Origin: Methanothermobacter thermautotrophicus str. Delta H
Lineage (GTDB): Archaea > Methanobacteriota > Methanobacteria > Methanobacteriales > Methanothermobacteraceae
Assembly: GCF_000008645.1 (NCBI RefSeq)
Contig: NC_000916.1
Location: 540,001 to 572,000 of the forward strand
DNA length: 32,000 nucleotides
Direction of reading: 5' to 3'
Shown here: positions 18,693 to 27,267 of the stretch, piece by piece
Layout: every line of letters starts with the position of its first letter
Numbering within the stretch: position 1 is the first letter of the stretch
Position numbers and translations under genes: made by a program
Notes under the pieces: generated by a model
Databases searched by the model: none
The model's input: the letters and a program-made list of their open reading frames with translations, nothing else
Told to the model about the DNA's origin: nothing

Positions 18693-19248
18693 TCATGAGA
18701 AAGCCCGGAGACCTGAGATGAATTCCCTGAAAGTTCTCCTCCTGAGGAGCATGAGAAATGTTAGAAGTGGCCTGAGGGGTGTCACCCTTAAGCTGAGTTC
18801 AAGGACACCATTCACCTCATTACCTGAAAAGTCAGGTCTGACCATTATTTCAACATTCCTCACCCCTGCAGTCAATGCTGAAATGGTCCAGAGGTAACCT
18901 GAGAGCTCTGCGGTCCCTGCCAAGTCATCCGAGGCCACATCAACAGTCAGTTCCAGTCTCTGAAGGTTAATTGAAGATAGGACGCTCCCTGCAAGATCCA
19001 TAATATCCCTTCTGGCAATTAGGGCCCTGCGTGCCAGTTCAATCAGCCTTTTAAACTCAAATTCCTCACCCTTTTCTTTATCAGCACCTTTAAATTTTTT
19101 TCTGAATATTCCAAGTCTCCAGAGCAGGATCTGAAGCCTGAAATCCATGTTCTGCCCCTTCTTAGTACCCCTGATGACCAGGGTGTAGGGTGAGATGAGC
19201 AGCGCAGCCAGCAGCCCCAGTGGAACCGCCAGAGATGAGGAATTTCAT
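18693..19248 (-). CDS. DUF2953 (YtfI-like) membrane protein, apparently frameshifted near the 5' end
   Basis: The 151-aa ORF (18693-19148) carries the YtfI-like C-terminal pattern SGYLWTISAL...VRPDFSG. In the same frame upstream, an open stretch encodes a TM helix (LAVPLGLLAALLISPYTLVIRG) but has no start codon. ATG 19248, 7 nt after the ytfJ-like stop, is in a different frame. Confidence 0.6.
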
Positions 19249-19255
19249 GAAAACC

Positions 19256-19642
19256 TTATTCTCCCCGTTTTACCTCAGAATCCCCCTTATCTGAGATCTC
19301 CCTTATTATATCGGTGACTGCGGATCCAAGTTCACCTATAACTCTCCCCCTACCTGAAGTTAGATCTATGACCCTGACACCCCCGGGTCCCTCAACACCC
19401 TTCAGCAGAACGATGACCGCCACGGGTTCAACTCCTGCCCCGGCAGCTGCGCCGCTTCCGGCGCCAGTATCCGATGTTGAAGCCCTTCCTTCACCCATAC
19501 CGGCCCCGAATCCAACCCCCATCTTCATCAGGGGTATCAGTATCTTGTCCTCGCTTTCAATGGCCTCACCCACAAGGTTCTTCACGTCGAGGAGTTTGCG
19601 AAGCTCCTCAACGGTCGTTTTAATCGGCTCTTCAATTTTCAT
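19256..19642 (-). CDS. GerW / YtfJ-family protein (sporulation-protein-YtfJ-like)
   Basis: The pattern LLDVKNLVGEAIESEDKILIPLMKMGVGFGAGMGEG, a Gly/Ala-rich linker, then VEPVAVIVL is the characteristic YtfJ/GerW layout. Confidence 0.8.
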   Translation of the reverse strand: MKIEEPIKTTVEELRKLLDVKNLVGEAIESEDKILIPLMKMGVGFGAGMGEGRASTSDTGAGSGAAAGAGVEPVAVIVLLKGVEGPGGVRVIDLTSGRGRVIGELGSAVTDIIREISDKGDSEVKRGE

Positions 19643-19756
19643 TTAAACCACATTGATATTATGTGATCGTTCAAGTATATGCACTTTCCCATTAAACATC
19701 CAAAAACATTTATAATGAAAGGACCCATATCTCTATTAAATCTGGAGGCGGTAAAT

Positions 19757-20248
19757 ATGAATTTAAAACTGGTTTCTTTAATTGTGGTGCTTCTTATTGC
19801 AGGCGCCGCTGGAGTCTACATCCTAAATGGAAATGGCAGTGCAGATGGTAACACCAGCCCGGAAACTCTGGGAACCAATAAAACAGAAACCCATAAACCA
19901 GGCTCAGCCAGGATTGTCGCAACTCAGGCAGGACCTGAAACTGCAAAACCAGGCACAAATATCACTCTGAAGTGTAAACTGAGAAATGATGGTGAGGGTC
20001 CCGCCAAAAACGTTAAGGTTTCTTCACAGGACTTCGAAAGGAGCTTCTCTGTTATAGGACCCGGTGAACAGGTGGAATTCCAGGTCCAGATTTACATACC
20101 CACAGAGGAGGAGGTTAAGAAGGACTTTGGAGATGACGCAACGCTGTCAAACCCCTACTTTATAGGGGGCTTCGGTGTAAGCTACACAGATATGACCGGA
20201 AAACACAGCACAAACTCAAATAGCGTGGAAATACCTCTGAAAACCTAA
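19757..20248 (+). CDS. Membrane-anchored/secreted hypothetical protein with a CARDB-like beta-sandwich segment
   Basis: ATG 19757 is preceded by GGAGG. Signal-anchor LVSLIVVLLIAGAAGVYIL. The segment GTNITLKCKLRNDGEGPAKNVKV resembles CARDB/DUF11 repeats (weak). Confidence 0.6.
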   Translation: MNLKLVSLIVVLLIAGAAGVYILNGNGSADGNTSPETLGTNKTETHKPGSARIVATQAGPETAKPGTNITLKCKLRNDGEGPAKNVKVSSQDFERSFSVIGPGEQVEFQVQIYIPTEEEVKKDFGDDATLSNPYFIGGFGVSYTDMTGKHSTNSNSVEIPLKT

Positions 20249-20318
20249 GACAAAAAATACTGATTGTGCTAAAAATGGTTTTAAAGTTTGAGGGGGATCT
20301 TTAGATCCCTCAAAATTA

Positions 20319-20780
20319 TCATTCTGACCGTTTAACAGGGATCTGGACCTCTGTAAGGAGCTCAGATTCGTCAACTTCCAGTGGACTGTTGAGGTAAACC
20401 TCTGTCACAGGCCCTGTAATCTCATAGCCATTCTCCATCGCATATTCGATGAGGGCATGTATAACCGGCCCCACCTCAGTGTATGGTCCCTCATGTAACG
20501 CTGCAATGACCCTGTGGGATGGTAGGTTCTTTATCTTAACCCTTTCATCCGCTTCGGCCTCACCTGCAATGGAAACACCTATCTCGTAGAGGAGTTCCTC
20601 CTCATCAACCTCCTCTGGAGTGTTGTAGTATGTCCCATATACACGGCCTGTCATCTGCAGACCGTTCTTAAGCACCCATCCCGCAACCTCAGAGATGTAC
20701 TCCGGTATACGTTCATAGCTTCCCCTGCACTCAATGTAGGCCACACGAATCCCTTCAACCATCTTCTCACTTATCTCCAT
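20319..20780 (-). CDS. GyrI-like small-molecule-binding domain protein
   Basis: Two-fold internal repeat (G..YG.YYN.PEEVDEEELLYEIGV / GP.TEVYLNSPLEVDESELLTEVQIPV) typical of the GyrI-like/effector-binding fold. ATG 20780 is preceded by GGAGAGG; the 20840 start is TTG. Confidence 0.8.
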   Translation of the reverse strand: MEISEKMVEGIRVAYIECRGSYERIPEYISEVAGWVLKNGLQMTGRVYGTYYNTPEEVDEEELLYEIGVSIAGEAEADERVKIKNLPSHRVIAALHEGPYTEVGPVIHALIEYAMENGYEITGPVTEVYLNSPLEVDESELLTEVQIPVKRSE

Positions 20781-20854
20781 AAAAACCTCTCCATTAATCT
20801 TATCAACCTCAAGTGATAAAAATTTATCTAAATTTCGCAAAAAACTGTGTTAGA

Positions 20855-21274
20855 TCACATTCTAACAAGGATCACACCAGCAACAACCATCATAAGGCCG
20901 GCAAGCCTTGTCGCCGTTATGCTCTCATCCAGAAGTAGTGCCGCAACCATCACCGTGAAGATGGGGAAGGCTGCAACCACCGGGACAACCACAGAGGCAT
21001 CCCCCGATTTGAGGGCGTAGTACTAGAATAGCTGTCCCAGGAGGGCCGCTGATATCCCATCAAGAGCCAGAAAGAACCATCCCCTGGGACCTGCCTCTGA
21101 AAGCGCCTCCGCACCCCCATTGAACATGACCCATATGAGCATGATCATGGTTATCACCGAACTCCTTATGGTTAGGGCAACACCGGGGTTAAGCCCCTCA
21201 AGACCTATCTTGCTGAAGACCGGGGCAAGACCGAACATGAGAGCTGCAAGTAGCGCGAAGACAAAGTAGTTCAA
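20855..21274 (-). pseudogene. Single-domain EamA/DMT-family small transporter interrupted by an in-frame TAG (21023-21025)
   Basis: The 83-aa ORF ends ...ISAALLGQLF*. Reading through in the same frame gives YYALKSGDASVVVPVVAAFPIFTVMVAALLLDESITATRLAGLMMVVAGVILVRM*. This is the canonical C-terminal half of an EamA domain (YYAL+.G.ASVV.P......P.FT......L.E.......G......G). Confidence 0.7.
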
Positions 21275-21417
21275 AACATCACCTCAGATTAATATATGAA
21301 ATCAGACCATTAAAGCTATGCAAAGGCAGACCACAAAGACCTACCCACAAAAACAGGCCACCAAACCTTATTTACATGTTAACAGAAATATAGACAGAAT
21401 CATATCTGTGTGATAAA

Positions 21418-22395
21418 ATGATACTAATCGTTGGCGGAGCAGGATACATCGGGTCACATGTCAATAAATTTCTATCAGAGAGGGGATACGAAACCCTCAT
21501 CCTTGATAACCTCACAAGGGGCCACAGGGATTTTGTTAAGTGGGGTGAATTCATAGAGGGTAACCTGGGTGATAGGAGACTCCTTGACAGGACCTTTGAA
21601 ACCCATGACGTGGATGCGGTCATGCACTTCGCAGCATTCACAGATGTCGGTGAATCGGTCCTCAAACCAGGAAGGTACTACCATAACAACGTCGTGAACA
21701 CCATAAACCTCCTGGATTCCATGGTGGACCATGGCGTCAGGGACTTCATATTTTCATCCACCTGTGCAGTCTACGGGAACCCCATGGAGATACCAATAAG
21801 CGAGGAACACCCCCTCAACCCCATAAGCCCCTATGGCAGATCCAAACTCATGGTTGAGGAGATACTGGGGGACTACAGGGATGCCTATGGTCTCAACTAT
21901 GTCTCGCTCCGCTACTTCAATGCAGCCGGAGCAGACCCTGAAGGAGAGGTGGGGGAGCTTCATAACCCTGAAACGCACCTCATACCCATCGTCCTGGATG
22001 TTGCCCTGGGTCTGCGGGACGCCGTGCGGATATTCGGCACAGATTACCCAACACCCGACGGAACATGTGTGAGGGACTACATCCACGTTATGGACCTGGC
22101 AGATGCCCACTGGAGGGCGCTCAGATACCTTGAGGGTGGAGAAAGCGGGGTTTTCAACCTTGGAAACGGGAACGGCTTCTCAGTCATGGAGGTTATAGAG
22201 ACCTGCAGGGAGGTCACAGGTGCCAGTATAAATGCTGTTGAGGATGACAGAAGACCAGGTGATCCACCGGAACTCGTGGGCAGTGCCGGTAGGGCCAGGA
22301 GGGTCCTTGGCTGGAGGCCGGAATTCACAGAACTCGAGGATATAATAGAAACCGCATGGAACTGGCATTCAAGGATCAGAGGGGGGATCTCATGA
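21418..22395 (+). CDS. galE: UDP-glucose 4-epimerase
   Basis: GGAGYIGSH Rossmann motif, the YxxxK catalytic motif (SPYGRSK), RYFNAAGA and DGTCVRDYIHVMDLA motifs. Confidence 0.93.
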   Translation: MILIVGGAGYIGSHVNKFLSERGYETLILDNLTRGHRDFVKWGEFIEGNLGDRRLLDRTFETHDVDAVMHFAAFTDVGESVLKPGRYYHNNVVNTINLLDSMVDHGVRDFIFSSTCAVYGNPMEIPISEEHPLNPISPYGRSKLMVEEILGDYRDAYGLNYVSLRYFNAAGADPEGEVGELHNPETHLIPIVLDVALGLRDAVRIFGTDYPTPDGTCVRDYIHVMDLADAHWRALRYLEGGESGVFNLGNGNGFSVMEVIETCREVTGASINAVEDDRRPGDPPELVGSAGRARRVLGWRPEFTELEDIIETAWNWHSRIRGGIS

Positions 22396-24323
22396 TAACC
22401 GTCACAGGAGATATAACCGTTGACTGGATACAGTGGTCCGTTAAGGGAGACTCTGATGTCTCAGAATTTAACTGGAAGAACCACCTTGGATTCAAGAGGA
22501 AGGCGCTTGAGGGCGGCGCACTCCTCACAGCAAGGATGCTGAAGAACTTTACGGAGGTTAATCACCCATCAATAGGGGATGAGCCAGGCAACACTGACCC
22601 CTCAGAGTTCATACACTCCTTCGCGGAACTCAAAGCCACAGGCGATGGTTATCATGTCAAGAAGTTCATGGGTTACACCGGCCCGGACAGCGGTCTTCCA
22701 TCAATGCCATTCAGTTTAAAGGAACATGAATCCCCCATCATAGTGATCGATGACGCTGGGAACGGGTTCAGGGAGATGGAGGAGCGGTGGCCGTCCCAGA
22801 TCATGGGTGGAGACCCCCTCATTGTGCTTAAGATGTCATCACCACTGTTCAGAGGCAGCCTCTGGGAGCACCTCCTGGAAGAACATCCAGAGAAGCTAAT
22901 AGTCATAATAACCGCAGATGACCTCAGGGAGCACGGTGCCAACATAACAAGAAGGCTCTCATGGGAGAGGACCGCAGAGGACTTCATCTGGCAGATGGAG
23001 AACAACAGATCACTCGAAGATCTCAGGGACCTCAACGTGGTGGTCCGCATAGGCCTCGAGGGCGCCATAAATTACAACAGGGGGGATGTCAGGCTATTCT
23101 ACCACCCACAGTTCTTTGAGGGCGACCTTACAGAGAGGGCCCCGGGAAAAATGCAGGGCTGTGGCTCTGCGTTCACTGCAGCATTCACCGCGGCCCTATC
23201 AGAGGGTCGTGAGATGGATGAATGCATAAGGCGGGGTATTACAGCCGCTGCCAGACTCCTTGAAAGAGGGTTTTCATCCGAACCTGACTACCCAATATCT
23301 GATGTATTCATGAGTGCAGATGATGAGATAGGGGCTGTTGAAATACCTCAACACCCCCGGGGACTCTGGACAATCGCCAGTTCACCCCCACTATTTGACA
23401 TAGAGTCAGTTTCAAGATACATTGTGATAAACGGTTACAGTAGAAAAAAATGTCCGCTACCTGTTGCCCACTTCGGTAAACTTATAACAGCAGACCGAAG
23501 GGAGATCGAGGGTTATCAGAGCATAAGGAACCTGATGGTGGAGTACATGAAAAATGATAACCCTGAGAGACCCCTCTGCATTGGAGTGTTCGGGCCCCCC
23601 GGTGCCGGCAAATCCTTCGCAGTGAGCCAGCTTGCCGCAAGTGTTGATCCTGAGCGAATAAAGCACCTAAACTTCAACATATCCCAGTTCAGGTGCGAGG
23701 ATGATCTTATAGACGCCTTCCACCAGATAAGAGACGCTGTACTTGAGGGTATGGTCCCCCAGGCATTCTTTGATGAATTCGACTCCCCTATCGGCGAGAA
23801 AAAACTGGGCTGGGTTAAGTACTTCCTTGCACCGATGCAGGACGGAGAGTTCAGGGAAGGCGACAGCATGCATCCCCTGGGCAAATGCATCCTGGTATTT
23901 GCCGGGGGTACGAGCAGCACCTTCCAGGAGTTTGAGTCACAGGACCCTGAGGTTCTGAAGGAGGCCAAGGTCAGGGACTTCATAAGCCGGCTCAGAGGAT
24001 ACGTGAACATCATAGGTCCAGACCCACAGCACAGACGCGACAAGTTTTTCATGCTACGCAGGGCAATACTCCTGAGATCCATGTTCGAAAGGAAGGCTCC
24101 CCACCTTTTTGATGCCAGCGGACGCCTTAGAATCGATGAGGGAGTTCTAAACGCTTTCCTTATGATACCTGAATACAGACATGGTGTGAGGTCAATGGAG
24201 GCCATACTTGATATGAGCATCCTCCAGGACGTCAGGAAGTTTGAAAAGGCGTCACTTCCCTCTGCAGGTCAGCTGGACCTCCACGTGGACGGCGAGCTAT
24301 TCCACAGAATGGCAATGGATTAG
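22392..24323 (+). CDS. Fusion protein: N-terminal ribokinase-superfamily-like domain (degenerate catalytic motif) plus C-terminal classical AAA ATPase; function unknown
   Basis: ATG 22392 overlaps the galE stop (ATGA) and is preceded by GAGGGGGG. The N-terminal half has GGALLTARML and GKMQGCGSAFTAAFTAALSEG motifs, comparable to THGSGCSFSAATAAYLERG of ThiD in this window. The C-terminal half has Walker A GPPGAGKS, Walker B FFDEFD and a sensor-1-like LVFAGGTS. Confidence 0.8.
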   Translation: MITVTGDITVDWIQWSVKGDSDVSEFNWKNHLGFKRKALEGGALLTARMLKNFTEVNHPSIGDEPGNTDPSEFIHSFAELKATGDGYHVKKFMGYTGPDSGLPSMPFSLKEHESPIIVIDDAGNGFREMEERWPSQIMGGDPLIVLKMSSPLFRGSLWEHLLEEHPEKLIVIITADDLREHGANITRRLSWERTAEDFIWQMENNRSLEDLRDLNVVVRIGLEGAINYNRGDVRLFYHPQFFEGDLTERAPGKMQGCGSAFTAAFTAALSEGREMDECIRRGITAAARLLERGFSSEPDYPISDVFMSADDEIGAVEIPQHPRGLWTIASSPPLFDIESVSRYIVINGYSRKKCPLPVAHFGKLITADRREIEGYQSIRNLMVEYMKNDNPERPLCIGVFGPPGAGKSFAVSQLAASVDPERIKHLNFNISQFRCEDDLIDAFHQIRDAVLEGMVPQAFFDEFDSPIGEKKLGWVKYFLAPMQDGEFREGDSMHPLGKCILVFAGGTSSTFQEFESQDPEVLKEAKVRDFISRLRGYVNIIGPDPQHRRDKFFMLRRAILLRSMFERKAPHLFDASGRLRIDEGVLNAFLMIPEYRHGVRSMEAILDMSILQDVRKFEKASLPSAGQLDLHVDGELFHRMAMD

Positions 24324-24393
24324 GTGTGGTACGGAGAGAATACCATGATAGTCAGCTTCGACGAAACAATCCATTAATGGATCAGGTGATATA

Positions 24394-25656
24394 TTGGAGA
24401 GAAGAAGAGTTCTAAGACCCGAGGACTACGTTGACAGACTAAAATACCTTAACAGGGTCGCTGATGAATACGCCGAATCAGGTGATCTAAAGAAGACCGC
24501 TGACACCCTGTTCAGAATCGGGAGGGAGTACCACAGGATCAGCAGAACAGACCTTGCCATTGAGAGTTACAGGAATGCCCTAGAGCTCTACAGGGAGGTG
24601 GATGACCCCCATGAGGCTGATGTTTCACTCTGCATGGGGAGGGCCTATGAGGGTAAGGGCAAACTGAAGAGGGCCGCATGGTTCTACAACCTTGCAGCAT
24701 CGGGTTTCCGTAAAACAGGGGATCTTAAAAGGGAATCAGATGCTGTACTCTACAGTGCAAGGATCCTCGAGAAGATGGGGAAACACGATGAGGCCCTTGA
24801 GGCATACAGAAAGTACAATGAGATCTGCATGAAGAACCAGGACAAAATCAAGGTCCTTGTCGCATATTCAAAGATGAAGGAACTGGAGGCAGAACTCAGG
24901 GAAGAGATTTTAAGGTACAACGCCTCCGTACTGCTCCTCTACCTTGCAATTCTCATCATCGCCGAGTATTCGACGACGTTCATAAGCATGAAACTGGGCC
25001 TCGTGATTCATGCGTCTCTCCTTTTCGCCCTCTTTATCCATTCGGCCCTATCAAAGAAGAAGATGAAGGTCCTCCTTGCCGCCATGATGATACTGCCACT
25101 CATAAGGATCGTGGGGCTTTCAATGCCCCTCGCGGTCATTAAACACCTTTACTGGTATGTTATAATAGCAATACCCCTGTTTGCTGCATCCGCTGCCCTC
25201 ATGAGGACCCAGAAACTTGGAAGGGATGATGTTGGATTAAATCTTAAAGGTCGGAAGTGGCAGCTGGCTGTTGCACTTACCGGTTTTCCCATGGGTTACA
25301 TCGAGTACCAGATACTCAGACCCGAAGCACTGATACCCTCGCCCTCAGTTTCAAATCTACTGGTGGGCTTTCTGGTCATGCTTATAGGGACGGGACTGGC
25401 AGAGGAGCTCCTCTTCAGGGGGATCCTTCAGAGAAATGCAGAGGACGTTATGGGAAAACTTCCAGGACTTCTGTATGCTTCACTCCTCTTCACAGCCCTT
25501 CACGTTGGCTGGAAATCCGGTTACGACCTTATATTTGTTTTCAGTGTCGCCATGATCTATGGGCTGGCTTTCCAGAGAACAAGGAGCATTTCAGGGATAA
25601 CCGTATCCCACGGCATATCGAATTCCATTCTCTTCCTGATAATGCCCTTCCTCTAA
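24394..25656 (+). CDS. TPR-like repeat domain fused to a CPBP-family intramembrane protease domain
   Basis: TTG start 7 nt after AGGTGA. The first roughly 170 aa are helical-repeat/TPR-like (A..Y..ALELY, GKGKLKRAAWFYNLAA, GKHDEALEAYRKY). A polytopic domain follows, with CPBP motifs EELLFRGILQ, FTALHV and SHGISNS. Confidence 0.82.
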   Translation: MERRRVLRPEDYVDRLKYLNRVADEYAESGDLKKTADTLFRIGREYHRISRTDLAIESYRNALELYREVDDPHEADVSLCMGRAYEGKGKLKRAAWFYNLAASGFRKTGDLKRESDAVLYSARILEKMGKHDEALEAYRKYNEICMKNQDKIKVLVAYSKMKELEAELREEILRYNASVLLLYLAILIIAEYSTTFISMKLGLVIHASLLFALFIHSALSKKKMKVLLAAMMILPLIRIVGLSMPLAVIKHLYWYVIIAIPLFAASAALMRTQKLGRDDVGLNLKGRKWQLAVALTGFPMGYIEYQILRPEALIPSPSVSNLLVGFLVMLIGTGLAEELLFRGILQRNAEDVMGKLPGLLYASLLFTALHVGWKSGYDLIFVFSVAMIYGLAFQRTRSISGITVSHGISNSILFLIMPFL

Positions 25657-25731
25657 TTTTCATTAAAATTCAAAAAAGAAATGGGAGTTCCCTTCAACAT
25701 TAAAAAATTCAAGAGTCATGGTGCCGGGAGG

Positions 25732-26589
25732 CTACCGGTAACCATCAATGAGATTCTTCAGATATTCAATTAACTCGGGCCTTATCTCATCATCGTTCAT
25801 TGCAAACTCAAGGGATGTTTTAAGCCAGTCAACCCTGTTACCAATATCATAGGTCCGTCCCCTGAAAACGCAACCATAGACCTCCTCGAGGCACCTCATG
25901 GCATCTGTGAGCTGTATCTCGCCACCAAATCCAGGTGGTACCTCCCTTATGTGGTCAAATATTTCACTCTCAAGGACGTACCTGCCCATTATGGCAAGGT
26001 TTGAAGGCGCCTCAGTTACAGGTGGCTTCTCAACCATATCCCTTATGCTGTAGATTCCCTCTGAGACCTCTTCACCATCTATGATACCGTATCGCTCCAC
26101 CTTATCCCTGGGGACCTCCTCCACTGCAATTGCAGATGCCCCGTACCTCTCATATATATCCATTAACTGGCGCGTGCAGGGGACCCCTGATGATGTTATG
26201 GTGTCCCCAAGGAGAACAGCGAAGGCGTCCTCACCGTCTATATGTTTCCTTGCACAGTATATTGCATCCCCGAGGCCCTTCTGCTCCTTCTGTCTCACGA
26301 AGTAGATGTCTGCAAGGTCTGAAATCGCCTCAACCTCGTCAAGGTAATTCATCTTGTTATTCTTTCTCAGGAAGTATTCAAGTTCAAATGAACGGTCAAA
26401 GTGGTCCTCAATCGACCTCTTACCCTTACCTGTTATTATGAGTATATCATCTATACCCGAGGCTACTGCCTCCTCAACAACGTACTGTATTGTTGGCTTG
26501 TCAAAGACCGGTAGCATCTCCTTGGGCTGTGCCTTGGTTGCAGGCAGAAAACGGGTCCCAAGGCCAGCTGCTGGTATAACTGCCTTCAT
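25732..26589 (-). CDS. galU: UTP--glucose-1-phosphate uridylyltransferase
   Basis: N-terminal AVIPAAGLGTRFLPATKAQPKEMLPV, with VEKP and GE.QLTDA motifs typical of GalU. Confidence 0.92.
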   Translation of the reverse strand: MKAVIPAAGLGTRFLPATKAQPKEMLPVFDKPTIQYVVEEAVASGIDDILIITGKGKRSIEDHFDRSFELEYFLRKNNKMNYLDEVEAISDLADIYFVRQKEQKGLGDAIYCARKHIDGEDAFAVLLGDTITSSGVPCTRQLMDIYERYGASAIAVEEVPRDKVERYGIIDGEEVSEGIYSIRDMVEKPPVTEAPSNLAIMGRYVLESEIFDHIREVPPGFGGEIQLTDAMRCLEEVYGCVFRGRTYDIGNRVDWLKTSLEFAMNDDEIRPELIEYLKNLIDGYR

Positions 26590-26631
26590 AGAAAAAAAAC
26601 CTCCGTTACTTAAAAAAAATAAAAAAAGGTT

Positions 26632-27255
26632 TTAACCACCCGCTGCAAGAGTACATAGAACTGGAGGTGCAAGCTGTGTTATTGTAACCGTCCCATCAGC
26701 ATTCACTGTTATGAGAAGCTCGACGTATATTGATTTTATACCCTTGAGGAATTCAGCGCCCCTTGCATTGTCCTGTGTGACGTTGATCTGGTTTGAAGTT
26801 ATGGTGGATGCCGGGTAGAATGCGTGTGATGCTGTAAGAAGGTATGCATTTGTTTCGTCATCGATTTTGTCCTGGCTACCTCCATTTACTGTCATGTTGA
26901 TGGTGGCGTTTCCTGTTTTGTTACCATGTGGATCGATCCACATCTTCAGTGTAAATGTTGTTCCGGCAGGTAATGATCCATTGTAGCCAAGTTCCTTTGA
27001 TAGATCCGCTGTGACCCTTCCATTTGGCTGAAGCCATGAATCCATGTATATGTTCGTTAGTGAGCCATCAGCCTTTGATACGTTCTCTATAACCGCAACC
27101 GCATGTACCTGATGGTCAGTGGCATGGTTGTCGAATGCAAGGAGTGTTGCGCCTGCTACAGGGGGTGTGACTGTCTGTTTTCCCATCATGAGGGCCGCGG
27201 CTCCCACTATGATGATTATAACCACTATGGCCAGTATTAAAGCATTTCTGTTCAT
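26632..27255 (-). CDS. Secreted/membrane-anchored hypothetical protein rich in N-glycosylation sequons
   Basis: Signal-anchor ALILAIVVIIIIVGAAALMM. By my count there are six N-x-S/T sequons (NVS, NGS, NKT, NAT, NMT, NVT). RBS GGGGGT. Immediately downstream of the small poly-Thr membrane protein. Confidence 0.65.
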   Translation of the reverse strand: MNRNALILAIVVIIIIVGAAALMMGKQTVTPPVAGATLLAFDNHATDHQVHAVAVIENVSKADGSLTNIYMDSWLQPNGRVTADLSKELGYNGSLPAGTTFTLKMWIDPHGNKTGNATINMTVNGGSQDKIDDETNAYLLTASHAFYPASTITSNQINVTQDNARGAEFLKGIKSIYVELLITVNADGTVTITQLAPPVLCTLAAGG

Positions 27256-27267
27256 CCTTTACCCCCT

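Noticed and set aside
21023-21025. Reading the in-frame TAG of the EamA gene as pyrrolysine
   Set aside because: Pyl decoding is known from Methanosarcinales, Methanomassiliicoccales and a few bacteria, not Methanobacteriales. The position expects an aromatic residue one substitution away from TAG. Nothing in the window supports recoding.
23516-24220. 234-aa antisense ORF inside the AAA+ fusion gene
   Set aside because: It is entirely antisense to a gene with clear Walker A/B motifs. Its composition is Ser/Leu/Arg-rich and low-complexity, with no motif. This is typical of shadow ORFs.
25257-25703. 148-aa plus-strand ORF overlapping the CPBP domain in another frame
   Set aside because: It is out of frame with a gene that carries all three CPBP motifs, and its Arg/Ser/Gly-rich composition is that of an alternative-frame artefact.
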